Notes under the pieces: model-generated | Database searches by the model: none | The model's input: only the letters and a program-made list of their open reading frames with translations | Told to the model about the DNA's origin: nothing | Assembly: GCA_965213685.1 (NCBI GenBank) | Contig: CBDBZY010000064.1 | Location: 896,001 to 960,000 of the forward strand | Origin: a bacterium | GTDB lineage: Bacteria > UBA8248 | DNA length: 64,000 nucleotides | Reading direction: 5' to 3' | Shown here: positions 35,470-61,309 of the stretch, piece by piece | How positions within the stretch are numbered: position 1 is the stretch's first letter | Layout of the letters: each line of letters starts with the position of its first letter | Position numbers and translations under genes: made by a program

Positions 35470-36725
35470 TACTGTGAGATCGGTTTAGCCTAGTCGACGC
35501 GGAGGACTTACCGCTCTGGATTGAACCGTTTTCTGTCTTTTTGTACTGCATACGGGGTACCGACCCCTTTTCCGGTGTCTGAGACCCTCTTATGCTACTT
35601 TGTCGCATCGCTAGCGCGGGACGGCATTGCGCCGGCTACCATAAGAAACTATCTGGCGGCGGTTCGACACGCCCAGATTGTACTAGGTCTCCCTGAGCCT
35701 CGAGAATCCTCTACCTTACCCCGCCTCAGGCTCGTCCAGATTGGGGTGTTAAGGGAGGGCGAGTCATGATTGCGTTCTTCGTCAATTACTCTACCGTCGC
35801 TTTCCCCCTACATTTACCAACGCTAAAACGACAGCAATTATTTGGCGCGGTTGCAAATTCGCTGGGAAAAAATTTACTCCCCTTTGGCGAGCATCCACCT
35901 CTTCACCGGTTGGCGCCACACAGCGCCGCACGTCCAACGGTAGCGGGAAATATGAATTTTTCCCAGCGAATTTGCAACCGCGCCAAAGAATTGCTGTCGT
36001 TTTAGCGTTGGTAAATGTAAGGGGAAAGCGACGGTAGAGTAATTGACGAAGAACGCAATCATGACTCGCCCTCCCTTAAGGGAGCACGCGAGTTCGGGTA
36101 CCGCGGTAGCAACCAGACTCCCTATTACGCCGGTCCTCCTCCGCCTCCTGCGCCCGACGGGGGTGTCGAGAGGTTACGACGAGTGCCTTCGGTGGGCGGC
36201 GGCGTCTCTGTGCTTTTTTGGGTTCTTCCGCGCTGGTGAGATCACAGTCCGACGGTGTCTGCCTTCGATGAGGCAGTCCATCTCTCCTGGGGCGATGTGT
36301 CAGTGAGCGAGGATGGCCGCACCCTGCGAGTGTTCCTGAAGCGCACCAAAACTGACCAGCTAATGAGAGGTACCGAGGTCTACGTCGGCACTACCGCGAA
36401 CGACCTCTGCCCGGTCACGGCCATTCGAGATTACGTTGCCCGCAGGGGCGTGTCCCCTGGAGCTTTCTTTCGCCTCGCAGACGGAACCCCGCTGACGAAC
36501 GTGGAGCTGGTCCGGCAGGCGTTATCCCGAGCTGGCGTCTCAACCAGCGGCTACTCGGGCCACAGCTTCCGTATCGGAGCTGCTACGGCGGCGTTTCAGG
36601 CCGGGGTTCCAGACTCAGTCATCCAAGCCCTTGAACGCTGGGCCAGCCCCGCCTTTCTACGCTATATTCGAACCCCGCGGGGGCACCTGGCGCAGTACTC
36701 GTACGCCTTGGTGCCAAGGAACTGA
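35470..36725 (+). pseudogene. Tyrosine recombinase of the YR retrotransposon
   Basis: Core-binding domain (STRRTYRSGLNRFLSFC...TIRNYLAAVR) and R-K-HxxR-W-Y catalytic set; split by a MITE at 35753-36075 and a frameshift near 36250. Confidence 0.9.
35753..36075. mobile_element. Young 323-bp MITE with TTAA TSD and GG termini (Kolobok-like)
   Basis: TTAA|GGGAGGGCGAGTCATG...CATGACTCGCCCTCCC|TTAA with near-perfect TIRs of about 120 bp; removing it restores the YR frame (IGVLREHASSG). Confidence 0.85.
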
Positions 36726-36978
36726 ACTCGTCTTCTTATGTGCTGTTGTTGTTGTTGGTTGTTGTTGTGAGATATATACTGTAATAGTCACGCCTCGAAG
36801 GCCGTAGACGCATGACTCTGCGCTATTAGGGTGTCTTGGGGGGGTGAACCCCTCCCACTCCTTGGGCAGGGGCGGAGCCTCACGCCGGGAAGGCTCCACC
36901 CACCTGGGGGGAATACCCCCGTTGACACGCCGACCATAGATATTTACCTTAGGTACGGGATTGGAAGCATGAGATTAA

Positions 36979-37678
36979 CCCGAAACACTCCTCGTTGTTC
37001 ACGGAAGTGATAAATGGGGTAGCCGGTATATAGGAAACAGGGAAGAAGACAGATTTGTCTTGGTTTTCTCCGTTTACTGGTTTTAGCTTCGAGACAAGAC
37101 TAGACAAGACAACGGTATATGTGGGCTATCACGGACACGTGCGGTGCGCGAGGGGAGGAGGTACTTTTGTGTACCTGCTGCGTCCTCGGAGAGACAGCTA
37201 TGGCCAAGCATTCTCGCTTTATACGTTCGACAATGTCAACTATGTGTCGTGGTGCATAGTACACGGGGCGTCTGTCATCATGTTGAGTGCAAACACTGAT
37301 ATAGCTCTCCTCTAGCACGAACTGTCAACACTCATGTACTCCAACATGAAGACAGAGGCCCCACGCACAGTACACCACGACACATAGTTGACATTGTCGA
37401 ACGTGTAAAGCGAAAAAGCTTGGCCATAGCTATCTCTCCGAGGACGCAGCAGGTACACAAAGGTACCTCCTCCCCTCGCGCACCACACGTGTCCGTGATA
37501 GACGACGCATGTTGTTAAGCCTAAGGCCTATGTCCGTTCCCTCACTTGTTGAAGTATAACAATAGTCTTGTCTCGAAGTTGGAAGCAGTAAACCAAACGA
37601 AATCACCAGTTTCCCTCTTCTTTCCTAACCGATGCTTAAAACATTCCACTTCCGGGAACAACTAGGAGTGTGTCAGGC
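36979..37678. mobile_element. Foldback element of about 700 bp
   Basis: Inner arms about 37127-37254 and 37373-37501 nearly identical in inverted orientation; outer arms ACACTCCT.GTTGTTC.CGGAAGTG / CACTTCCG.GAACAAC.AGGAGTGT; left end follows TTAA-CCC. Confidence 0.75.
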
Positions 37679-38771
37679 GATAATGTACAGAGTGAACGGG
37701 CGCACGTGATCTGCTATGCGCCGACTGCCATAACGCAGCCCAGTCCTCTGGCCATACCCAAATGGCCCCCAATCGCTGGGTCCATGACATACGATGGGAA
37801 TGGTGGTTAGAGGGTGGGACTGGGCTATCTAGAGGAAGGTAGGTTAACTTAATACAAATTTTGCTGCACCACTTATTTTTACAAACCACAGGCCCAGAGG
37901 CCGAGGAGGGCCGACAGCGTCACGTGAGTCCCGCGAAATTGCTTGCCCATAGAAACACGGTTTCCTGGTGTGTCCATACTGCTTGAGGTACAAGCCTGGG
38001 TTTTATACTGCAGAAGTGCTATGAGGTGCGAAGACGATTGAGGCCTGGAACCCCGCGGAACCTCACCGGCGACGCAGGAGCCGAGTCAGTATGTGTTCTA
38101 CCTGGCCCACGCCCACACAGGTGCCTGCATCCACGGACAGGCGACCATGACGCTATCAAGGAACCCCCACGAGACCATAGCCATCTCTGCTTCTAGGAGC
38201 TTACGCACGCTGTCTTCACCCTTGTAGTCAGTGCCTCGTAACCAGGGCCCCTCCCACAATGGGAGGGGCCTGGGCGTGAGGAATTCATTATTGTACGTTA
38301 CGTCACTTCCTGTCGGACTCGCCGGCGCCACAGGCCGTCACACCTTTAGAGCAGTTGGGAACGGAATCAGGACAGTGGGCAGCGCCAATGGCTGTCATGT
38401 ATGTGCATATGGTGCATAGTAACCAAGTTTGCGTAAAACAATTGGGTTGACCTAGCACAGTGCGAGTGAGAGACTGCATCCACCATCCATGATTGCTATC
38501 AATGGTGAGTGTGTAAGACAGAGAGTTAGCACCAGAACTACGACATGCTGTACATAAACCATAGATAAGGGAGCTTTGAATTCCTATGCATAAACACCGT
38601 AGCTGCAGGTAGATTCTATATAAAACAGTAGCACTGTGACTGTCGTAGCTATTCATAATGTAGCGTAGTTGTACATTATCTTTACCCTCTACCGGCAATG
38701 GAACGCCAGCAGATCGTGCTCATCCTTGAGCTAGTAGCTACCACCTGTGTTGACCACTCACCGTGACAATC

Positions 38772-45148
<6,377 letters not shown>

Positions 45149-45595
45149 TTGTGAACATGCATACTGTGAGATCACACTGTCCAAATGATTTGTTTTGATG
45201 ACTGATGTGCATAGCAATGTTCTGTCAAATATGGAATGTAAACACTCAGACCATGGTCATAGGCAATGTACATAGTATGTGCATGGAGGAGTGAGTTTCA
45301 TGGTAGTGTGGGAAGTGCTAAGATACATATATACTAGCTGTATGTGTATGATGCATGAACAAGTGCAAAAAGTGACAATGTTTGTGTTGTACACTGTACA
45401 GTGTCAAAACTGTAGTTTGTTGAGTAGCCTATATAGTTCCCAGGCGTTGGTTGGGGCCAAGTACTAGGCTGTGGATAATGTTGCTTCGTGTAGAATGAGG
45501 TCAAAATGAATCACTATGGCACAACAATACACAGTCATATAATGATATCGGGTTAAAATCATGCATGAGGCAGAGGAGACACCATGCACAATGCT

Positions 45596-52245
<6,650 letters not shown>

Positions 52246-52651
52246 CTGAAAGAATAGAAAGTACCAACGGTTATTTAGAGTACATTAACATGTACATGTA
52301 CAATGGAAATACTAGGCTTTGTACTCATTGCCACTTCATTGCAGGCCCGTACGCAGGGGGGGTTCGGGGGGGTTTGTACGAACCCCCCTTTCTGCAGGCA
52401 TACCCTTAATTACCGTTAGAACAGAACTCCGGGAAGCTTCACCTCACGCCCGGCGAATTCTACATGGACCAGTTCACAATGCGCAACGGGGCTACGCTGA
52501 TTACCGCTCAGTTCTGGGATCGATGAACTGTGAAGCCGCAGGGCCGGCCATGGCCGCCCCAGTTTGTGGCCCCCTCCCCCAAAATTACGATATTACAGTG
52601 TCGCGATCGGCGCTGCCAGGCGATTATCGCGTCGTATGCGCATGCAGATTC

Positions 52652-55600
52652 TTTTTTTTTTGTTTTTTTTTTTGTATAACACTTTTTGATATGCAAATAC
52701 AAAATACCAAAGGATATACAAAATAGCAGATGCTAATGAATGGTATACCCTATACATAAGTTACTATAAATTTAATCTACACAGTACCTATACACATACA
52801 TGTACTGAGTGCAGGTAATCCAAAAGTAGTTTCTTGAACTGAGAAAGTGTTGGGGCCTGCACAATATGTTAGGGGAGGTTGTTCCACAAAGAACACAAAA
52901 GTGGGATGAAGGATGTATACATGTACTGAGTGCAGGTAATCCAAAAGTAGTTTCTTGAACTGAGGAAGTGTTGGGGCCTGCACAATATGTAGGGGGAGGT
53001 TGTTCCACAAAGAACACAAAAGTGGGATGAAGGATGGTTTGAAAGCATTAGAATGAGAAAAAGGCTGAACTAGTTTAAGACATGAGGTAGATCTTATTGA
53101 AACAGGTTTCTTGAAATGCAATATGTTTGGAGGGAAGAACATCTGGTTGTGAATGATCTTGTAGAAAGTACATAAGCTCAAATATTCCCGCCGTGCAGCC
53201 AAAGTCAGGATCTTGGAGTTCAGAAGCAAATCTCCATAAGAAAGATCCCACTGTCTAGTACATATACGAAGTGCCATTTTTTGAGTGTTTTCCAACTCAT
53301 CAATGTTCTTCTTTAGGTGTGGGTTCCACTTCCACACCTGGCTTGCATACTCCATATGTGGATGAAAAATTGAGGAATAGAGTTTCATGAACTGTTGTGG
53401 ATTTACAAGCCCATAAAATTGTCTGTACAGCAATCCCAGTAGTTTACGTACCTTTCGAGCAGTGTTATGAATGTGTTCTGACCAGGATAGGGTTGAAGTG
53501 ATGGTTACACCCAAATATTGAAACTCATGTACTCTTTCAATTTCTGTTGCTCTGATGGTTAAGACAGGTGGCTCTGCTCTCAGTTTTTTCTTGTTGGAGA
53601 GAATCATGTATTTGCTTTTCTGTCCATTGAAGTTTAAATGTTTGCTGTCCGACCATTCGTTGATTAAGTTTAGGTCTTCCTGAAGTTGTAAAAAGTCAGA
53701 GTTAGACTGAAGAACTTTATATAGTACAATATCATCAGCATACAGGACCAGTTTGGAACTGGAAGATAGTTTCAAGGTGCTGATGTCATCAATGAACATG
53801 ATAAAGAGCAACGGGCCCAGCACTGAGCCTTGCAGCACACCAGAGACTGCAGGTAATTCAGGTGAAGTCACTCCGTTGACTACAACTCGTTGGATCCGGC
53901 CACGCAGGTAACTGCAAGTTCATCTGAGGATTGCTGGACTGAGTTTCAATTCCTGAAGTCTACTAAGGAGACACCAGTGGGAAACTGAGTCAAACGCCTT
54001 TTTGAGATCCAGAAAAACCGCGCAAATTTCCCTGCCTGAATCAAGGTTTTGTAACCAATGATTTGTTACATTTAGTAGAGTGGTGGTGGTAGACTAGTGG
54101 GCCTGAAACCCCCATTGGAGGGGTGATATAGGATGATGAGTCTGGAGAAAGTCAGTTAGAACACGATGGACATACTGTTCAAGGACTTTTACTTAAAACT
54201 GGCAGTAATGATATTGGTCGATAGTTCGAAGGACTTGAGAAGTTTTTGGACTTTGGTATGGCAACTACATTAGACTGTTTCCAGAGAGTTGGAAAACAAC
54301 CCAATTTTAGTGATTGGTTGAATAACAGAGTCACAGATGGTGCAATAGAAGAGGCAGTGGCTTTAAGCATGCGAGCAGAGATATTGTCAGGACCATTAGC
54401 TTTAGATACATCAAGATTACTCAGAAGTTGGAGGACTTCTTCCTCTGAACACAAAATTTTGTCATGGAACTCTCCCACCTTCTCAAGTCGATCCATGTCA
54501 GAAAAGTCCATGGGAGGTGTAGAGTAATTGAAGCATTGAGAAAAGAACTCATTGAGCACTTCCGCTTTTTCACTATGAGTATGTGCTTCAGTACCATTCA
54601 ATGATAGAGTAGGTAGTGAGCTGTTTTTCCCTTTGGTAACATGTTTGATGGCACTCCAAAACTTTTTAGACCCTGAGAGGCTCAACTTCTGTAGATAGTC
54701 CTTTTTAGCATGACGTAGCATGCAAATTGACATTGTTTCTGCACTTTTTGTATTTCTGATATACTCTGTTATCACCAGTGGTTTTAGCCTTCCTAAACAG
54801 AGTGTTTCGTTTTCGCATGGCTTGCAGTATTTTCTTTGTTAACCACGGAAAGTTTTTCCTTTTGGGTAGCCTGACTTTAGGGATACATTGCACCATAATT
54901 TCCATAAACTTGTCTTGCCACTTGGCCAATGAAACATCCATGCCCTCTGCCATCAGATCTTCCCAGTCTGTAGAAATAATGAGATCATTGGCCCTGTCAA
55001 AATCCGCTAGATCATACCTCCAGATTTCTCTTTGACTTCCTTCATCCTGAGGTGGAAGTGACGTTACTGAGGTGGAAATTTGCAAGTCAATGCCATTGTG
55101 GTCTGATGAAGCCAAAGGTGGAATAGTGTTACAGAAATTTAATAATGAAGGAGTGGATAGAAATACAAGATCTATTAGAGAATCCCTGCCCTGGGGGTTT
55201 GTGTGAGTGGCTGAATTAACAATTTGAACAAGTGAAAAAGGAGACATGCATGACAATAAACGGCGGTATAAAAATGAAGAGGTACAAAAATAATTAATAT
55301 TAAAATCTCCAAGTAATACAAAACAGTTACGAAAAGCAGATGGGTCTAGGGAATATAAAGCCGTACAAAGATTATCAAAAGTATCACATTTAGAAGAGGG
55401 TTGACGGTAAAAGAGACTGATACAACAATTTGAAACAAAATGAGAAAGCGATACAGAAATAATCATCAATTCTAAGTTCCTAAAACCACAAGATAAAACC
55501 TTAACAGACAAAGAACAATGCACATACATCAGTATGCCTCCACCATGGCGATTTCTGTCCAGCCTGTGTATCTGATAATCACCAATTGATATCTCATTGT

Positions 55601-57470
55601 CTTCTATGCTTTCAGATAACCATGACTCGACAATGCAGATAATGTGAGGGGATTTTTGCTCAACCAATGCTCTCAGTTCATCAATCTTGGGCAGCAGACT
55701 TCTGGCATTGAAATACAGAATGTTTAATGGAAGTGACCCAACTTCCCTACATTCTGAGCTAGCACCCAACATGATTGAATTATGGAAGTTGTCACAAGAA
55801 GTACTATCAGTATCAGTAGGAGAGCTTACGCCCTGCATGGAAAGTTGAACATTATCTACTTGTGGTCTAAAAAAGGTTGTAGAGTAGGTGAACGGTGACT
55901 GAAAACAATTTCTGCTTCATGTGCTGAAATGTCTAAAGCAACTGCAGGTGAGTTTGAAACTGAGGCTGCTTGAGGATGTTTAGATACAGGCAAAGGAGAA
56001 GGCTCAGAGGGAGAGACACTAGAACCGTCAGGGACAGTCTCTTTGGGGGCAAAGCAGGACTCCAAACTCCATGCTATCTGTATCTTTACTGCTGGCCATT
56101 GTTCGTCTAGAAGAGCTAAGATTTCTTCAGGACCATGTACAACAAACCACCACCTTGTTTTGTTTCCATTGGTTCTAAACTTGCGTCTCACTTGGAGAAC
56201 CTTAGGAAGGTCTGGGCAAAGCATGAAAATTGCATTTTTAATCACAATAGCAGAACAGCTTTTCATTGTGCCCCAAATTCTTCGTTCACCAGGGACCTTT
56301 GTTCAGTTGCTAACAAAGCTGGAAACATTGACACCCTCGCCCACACCCCTGCTGCCACCGCCTACACCCCTACTGCCACCACCCACACCCCTACTGCCAC
56401 CACCCACACCCCTGCTGCCACCACCCACACCCCTACTGCCACCACCCACACCCCTGTTGCCACCACCCACACCCCTGCCCACACTCCTTCCACCACTCAC
56501 ACCACTTCCCTTTTTCACTGGCTCAATTTCTTCAGTTTCTTTTCCCTTCCCCTTCCCCTTCCTCACCACTTCCGTCCATGCACCACCCTCTAAATCTTTG
56601 GGCTTGCAGGAACTCATCACTGAGGTACTGGTGGCTTGTCCTGGATGAGGAAGTGCAGTGCTCAAGTTGGACACAGATTCTTTCAGTTGAGCAACTTCCG
56701 TCTTAAGGGATGCAACTGTATCCTGCAGGCTTAACACAAATTGCTGCAGGTCTGGTAGACAATGGTAAGCTTTCAAAGTCTCTTTCATGCACTGTGTGCA
56801 AATCCAGGGCATACCACTGTCTTGAAGTGCTTGATATAACTCATCGCCGACGCCAACACAGCACGCATGCGCCCATTGCTTATGGTGTTCCTCGCACCAC
56901 AGTGCTTGCTCACCGTCGTCTTTCAAGGTCGCCTCACGAATACCTTGGTTGCAAACAAAGCATGAGTTGCTGGAACTGGTCAGAGTCGCGGCAATCAAGG
57001 GCTCACTGCCTTCCACCGACTGCGCTGCTCCCATCCTGACATCACTGCTCGAGGGCTGTATGGAGGACCATACGGTGGGGTCTTGGCTCCGAGGCCCACT
57101 CCGGCCAGTCTCGCCAGTCTTGGTAGCCCTGCCAGTCTTGGTAGGAGTAGGCAACACATGTAGTGACGGCAGTAGCGCCTTGGGAGAAACAGCGTTAACA
57201 TTTCTCTTCTTGGACTGCGACATCTCACTACTTCTTGTGCCAGGAAAGTTGCCGAAATCCAAACGTCTCTGTTCGTATTGCAGACTGTCAGGGCAATCTT
57301 TAGTAGCCGCTCCAACTTTCAATGCTCGCTCGTCAGACTGTCTGAGCCTTAGTATTTCAGTTTGTAGTAAATCAACACGGCTACACACCTCAGCTACGTA
57401 CGTTTCTATGTTTCTTGTCACGTTTCCAGACGCAAAAGCGCATGGATGCTGACTTCCAGAGTTTTCTCTC
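52652..57470 (-). mobile_element. Near full-length CR1/L2-type LINE (PHD-finger ORF1, APE-RT ORF2), disabled
   Basis: Poly(A) tail at 52652-52673. ORF1 57421-55856 has a PHD finger (CFVC...C...W.HACC...WICTQC), a coiled coil and one in-frame TGA at 56303-56305. ORF2 has APE motifs YFNARS, VESWL, GDFN, SDH and RT motifs NYRPISLL, GSVLGPLLF, LYADD, with frameshifts. Tandem duplication of about 120 bp at 52795-53035. Confidence 0.93.
56338..56500. repeat. 21-bp minisatellite in LINE ORF1 encoding (GGGSRGV)n
   Basis: CCACCCACACCCCTACTGCCA-type units repeated about 6-7 times in frame. Confidence 0.9.
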
Positions 57471-58193
57471 TTTCAGAGAGTACGCTATCTTCGCAGCCGC
57501 TTTCACCTCTGAACAGGGCCATAGCCGCTAATACGTTTGATTTCAAGTGGATAGCTTTCTGGGGCATAACCTTCTTCGTTGCATGAGTACTTACCCGCTC
57601 AAAGCGCTCGCATCACTAGATCTTAATTACTATGTTGCATACATGTACAGTTGCTCACTAACTTTTGCCGTCAAAACTAACATGCAATGTACTCTTGCAG
57701 TATTACCTCCAAATTGCTCTAGATGCGATCTCAGCATGACTAAAATTCAAAAAGTTTCTGGGGGGGCATGCCCCCAGACCCCCCTACTACGGCGCACTTC
57801 ACGTGCCACAACTCTCCCCAGCGTATCATTTCATACTCGAGTTGCTTTACGGCCACCCCACTTCAAAAGAGCTGGCGCCGGCCCTGGAAGGCAAAAGGTG
57901 TGGTTTCGCTGCCACTTGACGGTGCATGTGTAGTTCAGGTTACAGCGCATTATCAGCAATTTGCCAAAGAAGTTATTGAACCCCCCTTTTAAGAATCCTG
58001 CGTATGGGCCTGCATTGGAGTGCCTTTCCAAACCCATAGGCAGCAAACGGAGTGGGTGGGTGCTTTCTTTGATTAATTGGACCTTATGAAATACGGCTAA
58101 CTTACTCATTCAGAGAATGTTATAATTACCTGAAGTGGTGTGTCATACACTTGGTGTACACTTACAAATATTTTACAATAAACTGTTAAGTAT

Positions 58194-58574
58194 CAGGGGT
58201 GGCTCCTGAACAAAAGTTGAGTAGTTTCTAAGGGCTAAGAATTTGCTGCAGACAAAATACTGCAGTACTTAGGGGGGTAGTCTTCCGAGCCATATATACG
58301 TATTTTCAAAACGTAGGCGACGCGCGTGGGACTAGTTAGGGGGGTCTGGGGGCATGAGCCCCCAGGAAAATTTTGAAAATCAGGCTTCCAGAGATTGAAT
58401 CTGAGCCATATGTTGAGCAGTTGTGCAAATAAAATCAAAATTAATGTCACCTTGAATTCTCACCGCTAATAATCAATGCGCACGTGTAGTGCTACGCTTG
58501 GCGGTAAAAATTAATGGCGGGCAAAGTTTGACCAGTTTCCAGAAACCCCAGAAACCCCCCAGGAGCCGCCACTG
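58194..58574. mobile_element. hAT MITE with 5-bp TSD
   Basis: AGTAT|CAGGGGTGGCTCCTG ... CAGGAGCCGCCACTG|AGTAT. Confidence 0.78.
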
Positions 58575-58672
58575 AGTATCGTACACGCAGACGTATAATG
58601 CTACTTATATGCGCAAAGACTAATTCAAGCACCGTTGGTTCACGTACTCACGCAGTACAGTAAGCATGTGGG

Positions 58673-58797
58673 TAGTCTCGTGAACCAGACTGTATTCCGT
58701 GAACGCGCATGCGCGAGCGAAAGGGGGAAGGGAGTAAGGGATAATACTTTCGCTCGCGCATGAGCGTTCACCAAATACGGTCTGGTTCACGAGACTA
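58673..58797. mobile_element. 125-bp Academ-type palindromic MITE
   Basis: TAGTCTCGTGAACCAGAC / GTCTGGTTCACGAGACTA with a perfect 9-bp TSD GCATGTGGG. Confidence 0.88.
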
Positions 58798-59636
58798 GCA
58801 TGTGGGCAAACATGCGCATAATTGTATTACTCAATTCTTTGAAAGTAGGCGTGACACGCTCGCGTCAAATGCTCAATGTGGACCTCTGTGCAAACGGGGC
58901 GGGTGCGTACGCACCCTACGCACCCCCCCTGCCTACGGGCTTGCTTTCCTCATAGCAGGCACACTACCACTGGAAATGAGAGTGGATACCGTTAACAAGT
59001 GGGGTTGGAATTATTTGTCAAAGTAGCTATTGCATCACAACCAATGGGATGCATCAAGACATACGCAGAGCAGAGCAACTCCTCCCTGAGGACAACTGCT
59101 ACTATGGCATAAGATGCTATCCTAGCATCATTTCATTTCAATTGATGTATAGACCATATGAAGGAATATGGTGTACAATTCATAAGCTGCTGAAGTATGA
59201 TATGTGCTTAGTGTTTAGCCTGTACACACATAAACATTAGAAGACTCTGATGTTCAAAAATGTACTAACAGCAAGTGAGTACGTCATTCAAAATATCCAG
59301 TTTAATAATACTACTGTGCATTTTAGTGACTAGGGGGTTACTGTTGAGTGTAGAGACACAAGAAATCTCCCTCAGTATTTATGCATGTGACCCACACCCT
59401 TACTTTAGTCTAGCTGACAAAGACAAGCGTATGCATCGAAAAGAACATGTTCCATTACAAACTCTTATTTGAATTGTAACCACTTGCATGGTTGTTGCTT
59501 GACTGGACCACTGAACTGAAATACTGGACTAACATTGTTCACAATTGCTAGTATTTACAGAAGAGACTGCAAGTGAGTGATAGCAGTTAGATCTGGGAGT
59601 GTGTCTTCTCCAGGGCTGTATCCCAATGCTACATAT

Positions 59637-59956
59637 AACAAGTAAATAAAACATTTTCCAAAAATGTACAGGGATGTAGGGATGGCAGTGCCAAAAACCA
59701 CAGCAACTAGGTGTAGAGACAGGGCATACAAACACTGCACAAATAACCCCATCCCTACATCTTTTTTTTTGTACGTGACATATTTCTTTATGCTGTAAGA
59801 TTACTGGGAGACGATAATGTGCATGAAAAAAGATGTAGGGATGGAGTTATTTGTGCAGTGTTTGTATGCCCTGTCTCTACACCTAGTTGCTGTGGTTTTT
59901 GGCACTGCCATCCCTATATCCCTGTACATTTTTGGAAAATGTTTTATTTACTTGTT
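59637..59956. repeat. Near-perfect inverted repeat, arms about 130 bp, spacer about 60 bp
   Basis: 59637-59767 is the reverse complement of 59826-59956 with very few mismatches; a diverged single arm lies near 49280-49350. Confidence 0.9.
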
Positions 59957-61309
59957 TGTGTCATTTGTTGCTGTACAACAGTACACCATATAGGAGGGTG
60001 CTGTTCTAGTGCACTTCCTTCAGGCACTAAAAAGCAAACTCGTGACCACAGACAGCTTATGCTATGTGTCATAGGCTGGGAGTATATAAAGTTGAGGACC
60101 ACCACTTGGGGAAGGGGCTGAGCCCCTTTAAAAAGTTCTTAGCTACTCACTGCACATATGTGACTGCCAAGCATCATCAACATTTGTTGCATGCAAACAT
60201 AAGGAAAATGAAATCAGCTGCTACAGTAGCTATATTGTAGGTGTTCTAGCGATAATAGGTGTAGCTTTAATAGTACATTGAAGTAAGATGCTACTTGAAG
60301 AGCCAATCTGACGGCTGTGCCAGAGAAATGTTTTGGCAGCTGAAGAATTCTTCGGCCAACCTCGTTCCGAAACCTTTCACGTCTAAGCGCATGCGTGAGC
60401 GACTACGCATGCGCTTATGTAGGTCAAGCAACGCCTATGTGTATATAGAACCATAGATAATAGAACCTACGGGTTCGTTCTCTTATCTATGATAGAACAC
60501 TGGGCGGGTAGTTAGAAGGCTTACCCATGTATACGTACTATGGGCGGGTCGGTGCGATTACTTCATAGGGAGTATACCGACTCTCTCAGAGACGTCGTTA
60601 TGCATAGCGTCTAGCCTTTACGTAGAGCTCCTTTGAATAGGATGTGTCTGCGCTATTCCCACAAGAGAGTCGCTCAGCTAGCGCGGCGCTAGGCGTGGTC
60701 TCCATGTTATCTCTCACGTGCTCAAAGTTATGCCACGTAACATTATTAGACAAATGTCTTCTATAGACCAAGTATGGGGAAAGCGACTGAGGTTTGTTCA
60801 CCAAGGTTTGCCAAGATACCATCGATTTGTTAGTAAAAGGCACTGCGCACACACGAATGAAGGTGATTGGTGCGAAAACCACGGTTAAAACTTCAGCCAC
60901 TTCTGATGTAGGCCGTTTGACAAAATCTCTTAAGAAGATGAAGATGAATAATTTGACCTTTCGGCGGTTTTCTGTCGGCAAGTGTGGCGATGCATTTTAG
61001 CTACGTGGGGGGTATCGTTGGATAGAGAAAGGTTGGAATAGGATAGCTATGTACCTAAAAAGGCTTAGAACGCGAGCGCTAAAGAGTTTAGAAGGCTTTC
61101 TAATGTACGCACACTATGGGCGTGTCGGTGCCATCCCTACATAGAGAGTCTACTGACTCTCTGATGTGTATTAGGGTCTAAAAAGTGCACTGTAGTTTAT
61201 GTCAGTGGGCACGACAGAGTGCAAGTTATATCCTGGTATGAGTACAGTATCAACTGCACCTGCTCAAATTGGATGCAATAAATTGAGAGTCCACCTCCTC
61301 ACTGAAGTT

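Larger units (their letters stand above)
31950..36935 (+). mobile_element. Tyrosine-recombinase retrotransposon (Ngaro/DIRS group), disabled, with two nested insertions
   Basis: GC-rich gag-RT-YR order. RT motifs AKLDIKSAYRLIPVHP, PFGLRSAPKVF, HYLDDFI, FLGIELDT; YR motifs FFGFFRAGE, KRTKTDQ, GHSFRIGAAT, RWASPAFLRYIR. RNase H region appears deleted near 35465. Ends approximate. Confidence 0.92.
52342..58012. mobile_element. hAT MITE with 5-bp TSD (hAT5-like), split by the LINE
   Basis: CATTG|CAGGCCCGTACGCAGG ... CCTGCGTATGGGCCTG|CATTG. Confidence 0.75.

Noticed and set aside
56303-56305. In-frame TGA in LINE ORF1 as selenocysteine or programmed readthrough
   Set aside because: Best explained as CGA>TGA decay in a copy whose ORF2 is also frameshifted; no SECIS recognised.
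60338-60380. CTGAAGA...GAAAC as a third hammerhead
   Set aside because: No convincing stem II or stem I pairing.
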